DNA of 64,000 nt. Source: Methanomassiliicoccales archaeon. GTDB lineage: Archaea > Thermoplasmatota > Thermoplasmata > Methanomassiliicoccales > UBA472. Shown here piece after piece: positions 10,448 through 21,000 of this stretch. The stretch lies in assembly GCA_016926075.1 (NCBI GenBank), contig JAFGPG010000069.1:10313-74312 (forward strand), read 5' to 3'. Positions within the stretch are counted from its first letter, which is position 1; each line of letters begins with the position of its first letter. The notes under the pieces are model-generated. The model did no database searches and was not told where the DNA came from. It saw nothing but the letters and a program-made list of their open reading frames with translations. Position numbers and translations under genes: made by a program.

Positions 10448-11250
10448 CCCGGCTGGCGGTCATGCGGCCCCCGGAGAAGATGGGGGGATCGGTCGAGGTG
10501 GCGCGTTCCCTGGGGTTCGAACCGGTATGCGCCTCCCCTCTCCACGTGGTGACCAACGAGGACCATCGCCTGGGAAGGTTCATGCGGGAACTGATGACCG
10601 GGAAGGTGGACATCATCGTCCTTACCAGCAGCACCGGGGTGAAGGCCCTGTTCGACCTGGCCTCCCCGTCCATCGGACCACAGGAGCTGGCCGGTCTGAT
10701 GCAGAAGGTCACCACCGTGGCCATCGGTCCCCTCACCGCCCAGGCCATGGGGTCCCAGGGGGTCCAGGTCTCCTTCGTCCCCACGGTCTATTCGTCGGAA
10801 GGACTGGTCTCCCAGCTTGATGAGCTGTCGGTGAAGGGGAAGAAGGTCTACGTGCTGCGTTCCGACCACGGGGAAAGGGTCCTGATCGAGGCCATGCGTA
10901 AGGCGGGCGCCAGGGTCATCGAGGTGGTGGTCTATCGGTTGATCAAACAGCTCGATTCCCAGGAGATGCGCTCCCTGGCCCGGGAGTGCATGGAGGGCGG
11001 CATCGACGCCTACGCCTTCACCAGCTCACTGTCCGCCCTCTCGTTCCTGGAATCGGCCAGCATGGAGGCCCCCAGGGAAGAGGTGATAACGGCCATCAAC
11101 CGCAAGGTGGTGGCGGCCGTGGGTACGCCCACAAAGAGAAAGCTGGAAGAGAACGGGATCCAGGTGGAGGTGGTGCCCGCCAACGCCACCTTCGAGGAGA
11201 TGTTGAGGGCCTTGAAGGCCTACATCGATGGTACCGCCCCTCAACGTTAG
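10444..11250 (+). CDS. hemD: Uroporphyrinogen-III synthase
   Basis: LTSSTGV, AIGPLTA, LRSDHG, FTSS; ATG 10444 overlaps the cobA stop. Confidence 0.88.
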   Translation: MTRLAVMRPPEKMGGSVEVARSLGFEPVCASPLHVVTNEDHRLGRFMRELMTGKVDIIVLTSSTGVKALFDLASPSIGPQELAGLMQKVTTVAIGPLTAQAMGSQGVQVSFVPTVYSSEGLVSQLDELSVKGKKVYVLRSDHGERVLIEAMRKAGARVIEVVVYRLIKQLDSQEMRSLARECMEGGIDAYAFTSSLSALSFLESASMEAPREEVITAINRKVVAAVGTPTKRKLEENGIQVEVVPANATFEEMLRALKAYIDGTAPQR

Positions 11251-11386
11251 GGGTAATGCCCGACAGGTCGTCCTATGGACCTTACCGCAGGGCCCGCCCT
11301 CCCGTTCTCGCGCCTCTTCTCGGTCGTGATCGAGGAAAGGTAGCGTACCACGAAACTAATTAAGCCCGGGCGGCGTTGCTCGGTCC

Positions 11387-12172
11387 ATGAGCAAGGTCGT
11401 GGCCATCATAGGTCCCAGGGACACATGGGCACCACTGTGCCGGGAATATCGCCATCGGGCGGACTTCTTGTGCGTATCGCCGCTCAGGGCGATCCCCCGG
11501 GACGATGCTGGCTTCTCCCTCTTCCTAGTGGACCTCTTCTCCGGGAAGTACGACGTGCTGGTGATCACCTGCTCGGTGGTGATCGACGCCATGGTGGAGA
11601 TGTCCCGGAGACGCGGCATGGAGGACCGCTTGAGAAAGGCCATCAACCGCTCCGAGCTCGTCACCATCGGGGAGAGGACCACCTCGAGCGCCACAGATCA
11701 GGGGTGGACGGTCTCCTCCCGGTCACCGGAGGCCACCACCGATGCCCTGCTCGCCCACCTGAACGAGAGGGAGGGGCGGGGGAGGATCGCCCTGCTCCGG
11801 TCGGACCAGGGCTCGGACCAGCTCAGCAAGGGGCTGGAGGCCTCCGGCTGGAAGGTGGAGGACGTGCAGGTGTACTCCCTGCTCCTGGACGACTCCATGG
11901 ATATGCAGTCCCTCCTGGACCGTCTGGAGGATGGTGAGCTGGATGCCTTGGTGTTCCCGACGCCCGCCCACGTCCAGTCCTTCCTGCTGCAGTTGGAGGA
12001 ACGTTGCGGCATGAACGGGGCCCTGGAGAACCTGAAAGGAAGGATCGTGGCGGCCATCGGACCGGAGAGCCAGAGCGCCCTGGAGGAGCATGGCGTGAAG
12101 GTGCAGGTCGTACCCGACCGGGCGGACCCCCGGTCCCTGCTCGTACTGCTGATGGAAAGGTTGCATGTCTGA
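11387..12172 (+). CDS. Second, divergent uroporphyrinogen-III synthase-like protein
   Basis: TIGERT, LRSDQG, VYSL, AAIGPES, VQVVPD parallel the upstream HemD. Confidence 0.75.
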   Translation: MSKVVAIIGPRDTWAPLCREYRHRADFLCVSPLRAIPRDDAGFSLFLVDLFSGKYDVLVITCSVVIDAMVEMSRRRGMEDRLRKAINRSELVTIGERTTSSATDQGWTVSSRSPEATTDALLAHLNEREGRGRIALLRSDQGSDQLSKGLEASGWKVEDVQVYSLLLDDSMDMQSLLDRLEDGELDALVFPTPAHVQSFLLQLEERCGMNGALENLKGRIVAAIGPESQSALEEHGVKVQVVPDRADPRSLLVLLMERLHV

Positions 12173-12558
12173 GGAGAGGAGCGCTTCCTTACCAGCCAGG
12201 CGTTCAGCGGGTCCAGGACCGGGGCATCTCCGTCCCCGTCTATCGCAGGACGCCCGCGGACCTGCTCATAGCCTTTCATCTTGCCCCTCTCATCCCCCGT
12301 TTTAGGAAAAGGAACGACCTGGTATCTTCGCATTGCCACGTGAACGTAACATTGCTTGCAGCGAACGATCCGTCCTCAACACTGACCATGAGCTCCTACA
12401 GGTGGCATTGGGGGCACATTGCGCCCTTCGGACCATGCCGTACGTCCTAATCGCCATGTTTGCGGACAAGAGCCCGTCACGACAGATGACCATCGTCCCG
12501 TTCAGCAACTGCGGGAGGTCGTAGATCTACGTCACCGTGCACCATCGTTATCAAGGGA

Positions 12559-13788
12559 TCAGGCATCCTCCTGAGACCCCTCCTTGGACAGCAGGGCGCA
12601 TGCGCAGGCAATGACCATTCCCACCAGCATGAGCAGCCATACCGAGCGGTACTCGGAAAGCGAACCCTCCACCACCATGTACCCGGTCAGCTGCTGGAGC
12701 ACCGCCCCTCCCAGGAAGGGGAATATGTTCAGCGCGGCGATGGCCGTCCCGTCCATGGAACTGGGGAACAGGTCCTTCAACTGCCCGTAGATGGGCACGT
12801 ACCAGCCGCCGAAGAAGCCGAAGAGCAGGTGCACGATGATGTAAGGTACCTGGCCCTCCACCCTACCGGCCATGAGCCACATCAGGGCCCAGATGGAAGT
12901 GAAAATGACCATACCGATGACCAGCACCTTCCTCCTGGACCTCAGCACCCGGTCCGATAGCAGGCCGGAGAGAGGACAACCCACGATCATCCCGATGGCG
13001 ATGAAGGTCAGGGAGGTCCCGTAGGTCCCCTTGTCCCAGCCAAGCACGTCGCGGAAGAAGGGGCCGCCCCACAGCCCCTGGTACACCATGATGCCGCCGT
13101 AGACGAAGAAGAAGCACACCGCCAGGGGCCAGAACCTCCTCCCGGAGCCGAAGATGAGGCGCAGGGACCTTCCCACAGGGATTCGTCCGTTCGTGCCGTC
13201 CCTCATCCCCCTCCCGGATGCGAGGTCGACGGGACGCTCATGGTCCGATACGGGAACGTCCTGGGGCCGGTCCCTCACCAACGCCCACATCAGCCAGGTG
13301 AGGGTGGCTGTGAGCACGCCCAGGACCAGGAACACCTGCCTCCACCCCACCGCCTCGGACATGTAGGCCAGGGGACCGGCCGCGGCCAGCCCGCCGATGT
13401 TCCCCACGGTGAGGAGGAGGCCGGTGAGCGAACCGAACTGGTCATGACGGAACCATGCCGACAGGACCTTCAGGGTCGGGACGTAGACCATGGCCACGCC
13501 CAGCCCGATCATGGCCCTGCCCATGACCACGATCCCGAAGCTGGAGGCCAGGGCGGTGACGAAGGCCCCCAGGGCCGCCAGGGCGGTGAAGGCGCACACC
13601 GTCCTCCGAGGGCCCCAGCGATCGGTCAGTATGCCGCAGGGCAGCTGCATGACGGTGTAGGCGTAGAAATAGACCGAGCTGAGCAGGGCGATAGAGGTCA
13701 GTCCGACCCCGAAGGACTCCTGCATGTCAGTGGCCAGCACCGCCGGGGAGACCCGATGGAAATAGACCAGGAAATAGGTCAGGGCCAT
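12559..13788 (-). CDS. MFS transporter; true start probably further upstream
   Basis: About 12 hydrophobic segments; GILTDRWGPRR and GLLSDRVLRSRR MFS loop motifs. Confidence 0.9.
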   Translation of the reverse strand: MALTYFLVYFHRVSPAVLATDMQESFGVGLTSIALLSSVYFYAYTVMQLPCGILTDRWGPRRTVCAFTALAALGAFVTALASSFGIVVMGRAMIGLGVAMVYVPTLKVLSAWFRHDQFGSLTGLLLTVGNIGGLAAAGPLAYMSEAVGWRQVFLVLGVLTATLTWLMWALVRDRPQDVPVSDHERPVDLASGRGMRDGTNGRIPVGRSLRLIFGSGRRFWPLAVCFFFVYGGIMVYQGLWGGPFFRDVLGWDKGTYGTSLTFIAIGMIVGCPLSGLLSDRVLRSRRKVLVIGMVIFTSIWALMWLMAGRVEGQVPYIIVHLLFGFFGGWYVPIYGQLKDLFPSSMDGTAIAALNIFPFLGGAVLQQLTGYMVVEGSLSEYRSVWLLMLVGMVIACACALLSKEGSQEDA

Positions 13789-14044
13789 GATCCCGAAGAC
13801 CGTCCATGGGTTCCACAGTGTCCGTGCGATCCTCCCCCTGTCGATGACCGTGGTCCCCCCTCCGAGAACGGGCGTGGTGCGCGTCGCGGGACGCGTCGAG
13901 CACGGAAGCCGATGCGCGCCCTTATAGATAACTGCGCGACCGTTCGAGGATGATGCGCAACGATGAGCGGAGGGGCGAGATCCCGCTGTTGGCCAGGCCT
14001 CCGAGGGATGGTCCGTCTCCCGCCTCGTTCACCGGCCGGGACGC

Positions 14045-14845
14045 CTATCGGCCCGGAACGCAGGCCGCGGCCAATCGCCGAACCTCCTCGCGCAAGCGGT
14101 CCGGCGAGCAGCCGTTCAGGGTCAACGCCACCAGGGCGCTGCCCACCACCGCCGCGTCCGCTCCCGCCTCCCCCACCGCCCTCACCTGCTCCGGCCGGGA
14201 GATGCCGAAGCCGGCGGCCAAGGGGACCGCAGGATCGACGGAACGGGCACGTGAGACCATCCTTTTCAGTTCCTGACCCAGGGCCGTTTCCTTACCGGTG
14301 ACCCCCGTCCTGGTCACCAGGTACAGGAAGCCTGAGGTGGCCCGCACCAGCTCCCGGTTCCTGTCCTCAGGGGTGAGGGGGGTGCTCAGCTGGACCAGGT
14401 CCAGGCCCTGCCGGGAACATGTCCCGCGCAGGGAGGCGGACTCGTGCAAGGGTAGGTCAGGCACGATGAGCCCGTCCGCGCCCGCTCTCAGGCAATTCTC
14501 AACGAAGCGCTCCTCCCCCATGCGGAAGATGGGGTTGTAATAGCCCATGAGCACCAGGGGTTTATCGGTGAGCTTCCGGACCTCACGCACCAGCTCCAGC
14601 ACCTGGGGCGGGGTCACCCCTTGCTCCAGGGCGCGCACGCCGGCCGCCTGTATGACCGGCCCATCGGCCACCGGGTCGGAGAAGGGCACACCCACCTCCA
14701 GCACGTCCGCCCCGCCCTCCAGGCAGGCCGCGGCCATCTCCACGAAGGAGCGTGGCGAGGGGACCCCGGCCATGAGGTAGCAGATGAGCGCCATGCGTCC
14801 CTCCCTGCGCACCTCCTCGAAGCGCTGTTCCAGGCGACCCATCAC
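14045..14845 (-). CDS. trpA: Tryptophan synthase alpha chain
   Basis: [28 protein letters not shown]. Confidence 0.97.
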   Translation of the reverse strand: MMGRLEQRFEEVRREGRMALICYLMAGVPSPRSFVEMAAACLEGGADVLEVGVPFSDPVADGPVIQAAGVRALEQGVTPPQVLELVREVRKLTDKPLVLMGYYNPIFRMGEERFVENCLRAGADGLIVPDLPLHESASLRGTCSRQGLDLVQLSTPLTPEDRNRELVRATSGFLYLVTRTGVTGKETALGQELKRMVSRARSVDPAVPLAAGFGISRPEQVRAVGEAGADAAVVGSALVALTLNGCSPDRLREEVRRLAAACVPGR

Positions 14846-16011
14846 ACCACCCCCATATCGAAAACGGTCTCCAGGTCCTTGTCCCCGCGACCGGAGACGG
14901 TGATGACCACGATCTCGTCCTTCCGCATCCGAGAGGCCTCACGCATCCCGGCGCACACCGCGTGGGCGCTCTCCAGGGCCGGGATGATCCCCTCCACCCG
15001 CGAGAGGGTGACGAAGGCCTCCAGGGCCTCCGCGTCGGTCACTCCCACGTACTTCGCTCGCCCCAGGTCCTTCAGGAGACTGTGCTCCGGTCCCACGCCT
15101 GGATAGTCCAGGCCCGGGGCCAGGCTGTGGGCCTCCTTGATCATGCCGTGCTCATCCTGCAGCAGATAGGACTTGCATCCCTGCAGCACCCCCACCTCAC
15201 CCTTGGTCAGGGAGGCGGAGTGGTGCTCGGTGTGCAGGCCCTCCCCGGCCGCCTCCGCTCCCAAAAGCCGGACGCTCTCATCCTCCAGGAAGGGATGGAA
15301 GGTGCCGATGGCGTTGCTGCCCCCTCCCACGCAGGCCACCAGCAGGTCCGGGGTCCGGCCCTCGGCCTCCTGCAGCTGCCTCCTTATCTCCTGACCGATG
15401 ACGCTCTGGAAGTCCCTCACCATGCTCGGATAGGGATGCGGTCCTGCCACGGTCCCCAGCAGGTAGTGCGTATGCTCCACGCTCCCCGCCCAGTCCCTCA
15501 ACGCCTCGTTGATGGCGTCCTTGAGCAGCATGGAGCCGTTCGTCACCTCGTGCACCTCCGCCCCCATGAGCCTCATGCGGAAGACGTTCATGCGCTGGCG
15601 GGCCATGTCCTTGCGCCCCATGTATATCTCGGCCTTCAACCCCAGCACCGCCGCGGCCATGGCCGTGGCCGTGCCGTGCTGCCCGGCCCCCGTCTCCGCG
15701 ATGATGCGCTCCTTTCCCATACGCCTGGCCAGCAGCGCCTGTCCCATGACGTTGTTGAACTTGTGCGCCCCGCCGTGGCACAGGTCCTCGCGCTTGAGGT
15801 AGATCCTGGCCCCTCCGCAGCGCTCCGTCAGCCTGCGGGCGAGGTACAGAGGGGTCTCCCTCCCGCCGTAGTGCCGATTGTAGCGCCCCAGCTCCTCCTG
15901 GAAGGCGGGGTCCTTCCTGGCCTCCTCGTACGCCCTCTCCAGCTCCTGCAGGGCGGGCACCAGGACCTCAGGCACGTACTGCCCTCCGTACTCCCCGAAT
16001 CTGGATTTCAA
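14842..16011 (-). CDS. trpB: Tryptophan synthase beta chain (TrpB1)
   Basis: [12 protein letters not shown] lysine, [20 protein letters not shown]. Confidence 0.97.
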   Translation of the reverse strand: MKSRFGEYGGQYVPEVLVPALQELERAYEEARKDPAFQEELGRYNRHYGGRETPLYLARRLTERCGGARIYLKREDLCHGGAHKFNNVMGQALLARRMGKERIIAETGAGQHGTATAMAAAVLGLKAEIYMGRKDMARQRMNVFRMRLMGAEVHEVTNGSMLLKDAINEALRDWAGSVEHTHYLLGTVAGPHPYPSMVRDFQSVIGQEIRRQLQEAEGRTPDLLVACVGGGSNAIGTFHPFLEDESVRLLGAEAAGEGLHTEHHSASLTKGEVGVLQGCKSYLLQDEHGMIKEAHSLAPGLDYPGVGPEHSLLKDLGRAKYVGVTDAEALEAFVTLSRVEGIIPALESAHAVCAGMREASRMRKDEIVVITVSGRGDKDLETVFDMGVV

Positions 16012-16625
16012 TCCTCCTCACCCCTGACCACGGCCATCATCTCGCTGACCCTCGACGGGTCCTTTCCCCCCTTTCCCTCCACACCGCTGGAGACGTCCAC
16101 GGCGAAGGGTCGCACCGTGTCGATGGCCTGCCGCACGTTCTCCGGGCGCAGGCCGCCGGCCAGCACCGTGAGGAGCGGGGCCACCTCCCGGCACAGTCCA
16201 GCGCTGATCGTCCAATCGTGCACTTGCCCGCTGCCCCCCGCCCGGGGGCCCGGGGAGTCGAGAACAAGGGCCTGTAGGGAGGACAGAGCCTTCCGTTCCA
16301 TCTTCAACCCATGGCGCACGGTGACCATGCCCCACAGGGGGACCCCCAGGTCCCTCACGCTCTCCACCACCCCCCGGTCAAGGGGGGAATGCAGCTGCAG
16401 CACGTCCGGCTCCAGGGCGCGCAGCATCTTCCTCAGGAGCGGAGGACGGGTCTCGGTGGTCACCGCCACCCGCGGGCGGTCACAGCAGGACATGAGCCCC
16501 GCCGCCGCGTCCAGGTCCAGGCACCTCGGCGAATCGCTCAGCACGACGAAGCCCAGATAGTCCGCGCCCCGGCAGCATTCCAGGTCGGCCATGCTGCGCA
16601 TCCCGCATATCTTCAACAGGGTCAT
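16008..16625 (-). CDS. trpF: Phosphoribosylanthranilate isomerase
   Basis: [24 protein letters not shown]. Confidence 0.95.
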   Translation of the reverse strand: MTLLKICGMRSMADLECCRGADYLGFVVLSDSPRCLDLDAAAGLMSCCDRPRVAVTTETRPPLLRKMLRALEPDVLQLHSPLDRGVVESVRDLGVPLWGMVTVRHGLKMERKALSSLQALVLDSPGPRAGGSGQVHDWTISAGLCREVAPLLTVLAGGLRPENVRQAIDTVRPFAVDVSSGVEGKGGKDPSRVSEMMAVVRGEED

Positions 16626-17416
16626 CGCGCCACCCTCAAGGACATGAGCTTGTCCCGGGGGCTGGAGGAGCGGCTCAGAGCGGAGCCGATGAGCACCCCG
16701 GACGCTCCCAGGTCACGGGCCCTGCGCACGTCCTTCACGCTGTCCATCATGCTCATGACCAGGGCCGGTCGGCCGTCCTCCCCCATCAACTGCAAGGCCT
16801 CCCCTGACAGGTCCGTTCCCGCGCGGAAGGTGCGCAGGTCGCGTCTGTTGTATGCGAGCACGTCGGCCTGGGAGCCCAATGCCAACTCAAGCTCCTGCAG
16901 GTCGGAGGCTTCCAGAACAACTTCCAGCCCGCAGCGGTGCGCGCGCTCGATGAGGCTGTCACGTCCTTCGGCCAATCCGCGGTGGAAAACGCCCTCGATG
17001 AGCAGGACCGCGGAGGCCCCGGAACGTGCGGCGGCCTCCACCTGTTCGACGTCCACAACGAAGTCCTTCATGAGCACCGGAAGGCCGGTGCGGGAGGCCA
17101 GACGCAGGTAGCTCAGCGATCCAAGGAAGTAGCGCGGTTCGGTCAGAACGGATAGGGCGGCGGCCCCTCCCCGACGGTAGTCATCGATCAGTTCCTCGGC
17201 CAGATGTGCCCCTAGGCGTCCTGCCGTGGGAGAGGCCAGCTTCACCTCGGCCACGACGGGGAAGTACACGCCCCCTCTCAACGCATCCACCAGGGAGGGC
17301 GGATCGAACGCTCCTGTCCGCATCTTCCCCACAGATCCATGATAGAAACCGCTGTCCACCAGCTCCCGGGCGTTGCGCACCAGCAGGGACAGGCGGTCCT
17401 CTACCCCGCTGAGCAT
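16622..17416 (-). CDS. trpC: Indole-3-glycerol phosphate synthase
   Basis: VAEVKLASP, SVLTEPRYFLGS, PVLMKDF; start set at ATG 17416, overlapping the trpD stop. Confidence 0.92.
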   Translation of the reverse strand: MLSGVEDRLSLLVRNARELVDSGFYHGSVGKMRTGAFDPPSLVDALRGGVYFPVVAEVKLASPTAGRLGAHLAEELIDDYRRGGAAALSVLTEPRYFLGSLSYLRLASRTGLPVLMKDFVVDVEQVEAAARSGASAVLLIEGVFHRGLAEGRDSLIERAHRCGLEVVLEASDLQELELALGSQADVLAYNRRDLRTFRAGTDLSGEALQLMGEDGRPALVMSMMDSVKDVRRARDLGASGVLIGSALSRSSSPRDKLMSLRVAR

Positions 17417-18405
17417 CAGCTCGCCCCCCGACTGGCCACGATGTACTCCTGCATCTTGGAGTAGGCCTTCCCGCTGTCCAAGGTCCTCTCGGCCAGGGAA
17501 AGGCCGGAGGCCACATCCCTGCTCCTTCCGAAGATGTATAGGGCGCAGGCGCTGTTCAGCAGGACCATGTCCCGGCGACGGTCCCGACGTCCCCGCAGCA
17601 GCTCGTAGCAGCAACGAGCGGAGGCCTGCGGGGTGAGCTCCCCCACCGCTTCGGGAGCGCAGCGGTCCAGGCCGAGATCCTCGGGGACCATCTCGTACCG
17701 TTCGACGCTCCCGTCCCTCATCTCGGCCACGGACGTGCTGCCGCACAGGGACACCTCGTCCATGCCCGGCTGGCCATGCACCAGCATGGCCCGGTCAACC
17801 CCCAGGGCATCCAGCACCGGTGGGATGGTCCCCAGCAATCGCGGCTCGCATACCCCCATCAAATGCCGGCGCGGTCCCAGCACCGGGTTCATCAACGGCC
17901 CCATGACATTGAATATTGTGCGCCTGGGCACCATCTTGCGAGCCTTGGCCACCTGGCGCATGGCCGGATGAAAGTTGGGAGCGAAGAAGAAGGCGTAACC
18001 GATCCCGTCCAGCATCTCAGCGCAACGCTGGGGTCCGGGGGAGATGTCCGCGCCGATCGCCTCCAGCAGGTCCGCGCTACCGCACTTGCCCTGTGAGGAA
18101 CGGTTGCCGTGCTTGGCCACCGGGACCCCGGCCGCGGCCACGATGAAGGAGCTGATGGTGCTGACGTTGAGGGTGCGCACCTTGGCACCGCCGGTGCCGC
18201 AGAGGTCCATGACCACTTGATGGACGGTAGGTACACGCACGCTCTGTCCGTAGAAGGCGTAGGTCATGCCCAGCAGCTCCTCCGCGCTCTCCCCCCTCTC
18301 TCCCAGCTCCATGAGGCGGTCGGCGATGCCCCGGTCGGAAAGGCGGCCCTCCAGCATATCGCAGGCCAGGCGATGCGCCTGGTCCACAAGCTCGGCCTCG
18401 CTCAT
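17416..18405 (-). CDS. trpD: Anthranilate phosphoribosyltransferase
   Basis: DLCGTGG, NVST, KHGNRS, GSAD, GMDE. Confidence 0.95.
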   Translation of the reverse strand: MSEAELVDQAHRLACDMLEGRLSDRGIADRLMELGERGESAEELLGMTYAFYGQSVRVPTVHQVVMDLCGTGGAKVRTLNVSTISSFIVAAAGVPVAKHGNRSSQGKCGSADLLEAIGADISPGPQRCAEMLDGIGYAFFFAPNFHPAMRQVAKARKMVPRRTIFNVMGPLMNPVLGPRRHLMGVCEPRLLGTIPPVLDALGVDRAMLVHGQPGMDEVSLCGSTSVAEMRDGSVERYEMVPEDLGLDRCAPEAVGELTPQASARCCYELLRGRRDRRRDMVLLNSACALYIFGRSRDVASGLSLAERTLDSGKAYSKMQEYIVASRGAS

Positions 18406-18995
18406 GAGCCCCCCTCCAGAGAGCGCACGAAGTTGTTCATCAAGTCCTGCCCCCGCTCAGTGAGAACCGATTCGGGATGGAACTGCAGCCCCTCTATGGG
18501 GTATGCTCGATGGCGCAGACCCATCACTGTGCCGTCCTCGCTGCGCGCGGTGACCTCCAGCTCGGGAGGGAGTCCCTCCTCCCGTACGCACAGGGAATGG
18601 TAACGCCCCACGACCAGCGGGGAGGGAAGTCCGCTGAAGACCCCCTTGCCGTCATGCGTCACGCTGGACACCTTCCCGTGACGGGGGCACGCCGACCTCA
18701 CCACCTTCCCCCCATAGGCCTGGGCCACCCCCTGATGCCCCAGGCAGATCGCCAGGGTGGGGATGGACCTGGAGAGCGTGCTCAGCACCTCTATGCACAC
18801 CCCGAAGTCCTCGGGATTACCCGGGTGCCCCGGTCCGGGGGAGATGACGATACCCTGGTAACGCCCATCGACGTCCCCGATCGTCAGCTGGTCGTTCCTG
18901 ACCACCACCGGCTCCGCACCCGCCGCGGCCAGGGAATGAGCCAGGTTGTAGACGAATGAGTCGTAGTTGTCGATGAGCAGCACCCGGGGCCTCAT
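18402..18995 (-). CDS. trpG: Anthranilate synthase glutamine amidotransferase component II
   Basis: IDNYDSFVYNL, SPGPGHP, ICLGHQ, QFHPES; ATG 18995 overlaps the trpE stop. Confidence 0.95.
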   Translation of the reverse strand: MRPRVLLIDNYDSFVYNLAHSLAAAGAEPVVVRNDQLTIGDVDGRYQGIVISPGPGHPGNPEDFGVCIEVLSTLSRSIPTLAICLGHQGVAQAYGGKVVRSACPRHGKVSSVTHDGKGVFSGLPSPLVVGRYHSLCVREEGLPPELEVTARSEDGTVMGLRHRAYPIEGLQFHPESVLTERGQDLMNNFVRSLEGGS

Positions 18996-20296
18996 CGCCC
19001 GCCCTCCTCGCACATCTGGAGGGAGCGGTGCACCGCCCCCAGCTTGCCCTGGCATTCCAGATATTCCCTTTCCGGCACTGAGTCCATGACGATGCCCGCA
19101 CCGGCCTGCAGGAAGATGCGATCGCCGTCCACGAAGGCGGAACGGATGGTGATCGCCGTGTCCAGGTCCCCCTGGTCGGAGATGTAGCCCACCGCCCCGG
19201 CGTACGGCCCCCTTCCCCGGGACTCCAGGGACTTGATGAGGCGCATGGCCCGGTGCTTGGGCGCCCCGCTGACCGTCCCCGCCGGGAATACCGCGGCCAG
19301 GGCGTCCAGGGCATCGCGGTCCGCCCGCAGCACCCCCCGCACCCGGGACACCAGGTGCTGCACGTGACTGTACTCCTCCACCCGCATCAGGTCGGCCACC
19401 TCCACCGTGCCGTAATCGCACACCTTGCCCAGGTCGTTGCGGGCCAAATCCACCAACATGATGTGCTCCGCCCGCTCCTTCTCGTCCGCCAGCATCTCCC
19501 GGCGGTTGCTGCGGCGTTCCAGGAGGTCGGAGCCTAGGGGCCTCGTGCCGGCTATGGGGTAGGTGATCGCCTCCCTCCCGCGCACCGTGACCAGGGTCTC
19601 CGGGCTGGAACCCAGCACCTTGCGCTTCCCGAAGTCCAGGTAGAACATGTAGGGGGAAGGGTTGACCTTCCTCAGGCGCAGGTAGAGCTGGAAGGGGTCG
19701 CCCTCGAAGCGGTGCTCCTGGTAACCGGACAGCACCACCTGGAAGGCCTCCCCGTCCAATATCCGGCCCTTGATGTCGTCCACCCCCCGCTCGTACTCCT
19801 CCCTGCCGGTGCCGGAAACCCTTTCCAGCAGGTGGAAGTCGTCCACCCGTCCCTCCTCCTCGAGGGATGAGAGACCATCTTCTCCCTCGGGGTGGAAATG
19901 GTACACCTTGAAGGCCGAGTGGTCGTAGATGAGGCCTCGGTCGTAGAGACCCAGCTCGTAGGCGGGGAATCCCCCGTCGCTCAGGTGCAGGTCCCTCTCC
20001 ACTGAATTGACCAGGTGATAGGAGAAGTATCCGACCAACCCGCCCATGAAGGGGAAGGGGGTCGCCTGCCCGTTCCTCTCCCGCATGGTCTCGCGGATGG
20101 TGTCCAACCCTTCCTCCCCGCGCAGAATGGACCTGGGGGAGGCGCCCAGGAATGAATAGGCAACCGTGCGGGAGGAGCCCTCCGCGCTCTCCAGCAGGAA
20201 GGAGGCTCCCGTCCCCTGGCGCAGCCGGGCGTAGGCCTCGGCCGGGGACAGGCGCAGGTCCACCTCCTCGTAGACCAACTTCGGTACATCTTGCAT
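18992..20296 (-). CDS. trpE: Anthranilate synthase component I
   Basis: FLLES, NPSPYMFY, SSPETLV, EHIMLVDLARND, FPAGTVSGAPK. Confidence 0.96.
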   Translation of the reverse strand: MQDVPKLVYEEVDLRLSPAEAYARLRQGTGASFLLESAEGSSRTVAYSFLGASPRSILRGEEGLDTIRETMRERNGQATPFPFMGGLVGYFSYHLVNSVERDLHLSDGGFPAYELGLYDRGLIYDHSAFKVYHFHPEGEDGLSSLEEEGRVDDFHLLERVSGTGREEYERGVDDIKGRILDGEAFQVVLSGYQEHRFEGDPFQLYLRLRKVNPSPYMFYLDFGKRKVLGSSPETLVTVRGREAITYPIAGTRPLGSDLLERRSNRREMLADEKERAEHIMLVDLARNDLGKVCDYGTVEVADLMRVEEYSHVQHLVSRVRGVLRADRDALDALAAVFPAGTVSGAPKHRAMRLIKSLESRGRGPYAGAVGYISDQGDLDTAITIRSAFVDGDRIFLQAGAGIVMDSVPEREYLECQGKLGAVHRSLQMCEEGGR

Positions 20297-20394
20297 GATA
20301 AAACGTGGACATTAACGAATATATATAAACATTATTGATTTTTATAATACAATAATATATTCATATCACGCTGTATCACGGGTGAAAGATTTAC
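20297..20394. promoter_or_regulatory. Divergent AT-rich promoter region of the trp operon and isf-cobO
   Basis: TATA-like TATATATAAA (20320-20329, read on the - strand) and TTTATAAT (20341-20348). Confidence 0.55.
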
Positions 20395-20424
20395 ATGAGC
20401 GGCGGCAATGAGAGGGCGAGATAC

Positions 20425-21000
20425 ATGAAGGTGGTGGCTTTCAACGGCAGTCCCAGGGTCAGCGGCAACACGCATCAGGCCCTGGAGGTGGTGCTCTCCG
20501 AGCTGAGGAAGGAGGGCATAGGAACGGAGCTGGTCGACATATGCAGGGAGGAGCTGAGGCCCTGCCAGGCCTGCGGGACCTGCGGCCGTAAGAAGGACGA
20601 GCGGTGCGTGATGGTAGACGACCGTCTGAACGAGTACGTGCAGATGATCAAGGCCGCGGACGGGATGCTCATCGGCTCCCCGGTCTACTTCGGCAACATG
20701 ACCGCACAGACGAAGGCACTCATTGATCGCCTGGGATATGTGGCCCGGGCCAACGGGGACCTCTTCCGGCGCAAGGTGGGGGCGGCGGTGGCCATCAACC
20801 GCAGGGCCGGTGCGCTGGAGACCTTCAGCGAGATCAACAAGCTCTTCCTCATCGGGCAGATGATCGTGCCGGGCAGCAACTACTGGAACGTGGGCACCGC
20901 CCAGAGATCGGGGGAGATCATGGAGGACGAGGAGGGGCTGCAGACCCTCCGGGTGCTGGGACGGAACATGGCCTGGCTCATCAAGAAGTTGAGCGAATGA
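20425..21000 (+). CDS. Iron-sulfur flavoprotein (Isf, flavodoxin-like)
   Basis: FNGSPRVSGNT FMN loop, C-x2-C-x2-C-x7-C, GSPVYFG. Confidence 0.88.
   Translation: MKVVAFNGSPRVSGNTHQALEVVLSELRKEGIGTELVDICREELRPCQACGTCGRKKDERCVMVDDRLNEYVQMIKAADGMLIGSPVYFGNMTAQTKALIDRLGYVARANGDLFRRKVGAAVAINRRAGALETFSEINKLFLIGQMIVPGSNYWNVGTAQRSGEIMEDEEGLQTLRVLGRNMAWLIKKLSE

Noticed and set aside
11248..11256. Amber readthrough fusing hemD to the second hemD
   Set aside because: TAG is followed by GGG then TAA, so the frame closes at once.
12173..12558. Gap containing a - strand frame MCPQCHL-TAG-ELMVSVEDG as a possible Pyl microprotein
   Set aside because: Only one CxxC, atypical codons, no RBS and no recognisable family.
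6904..20312. Apparent long N-terminal extensions or fusions of hemL, trpC and trpG (likewise PUA, epimerase, CobW)
   Set aside because: These come from the farthest-start rule of the ORF track; the real starts overlap upstream stops or follow RBS motifs.
20297..20394. trp attenuator or TrpY boxes; AT-rich inverted repeats and TATCACG direct repeats
   Set aside because: No Trp-rich leader peptide and no TGTACA boxes; short repeats are expected in such AT-rich DNA.
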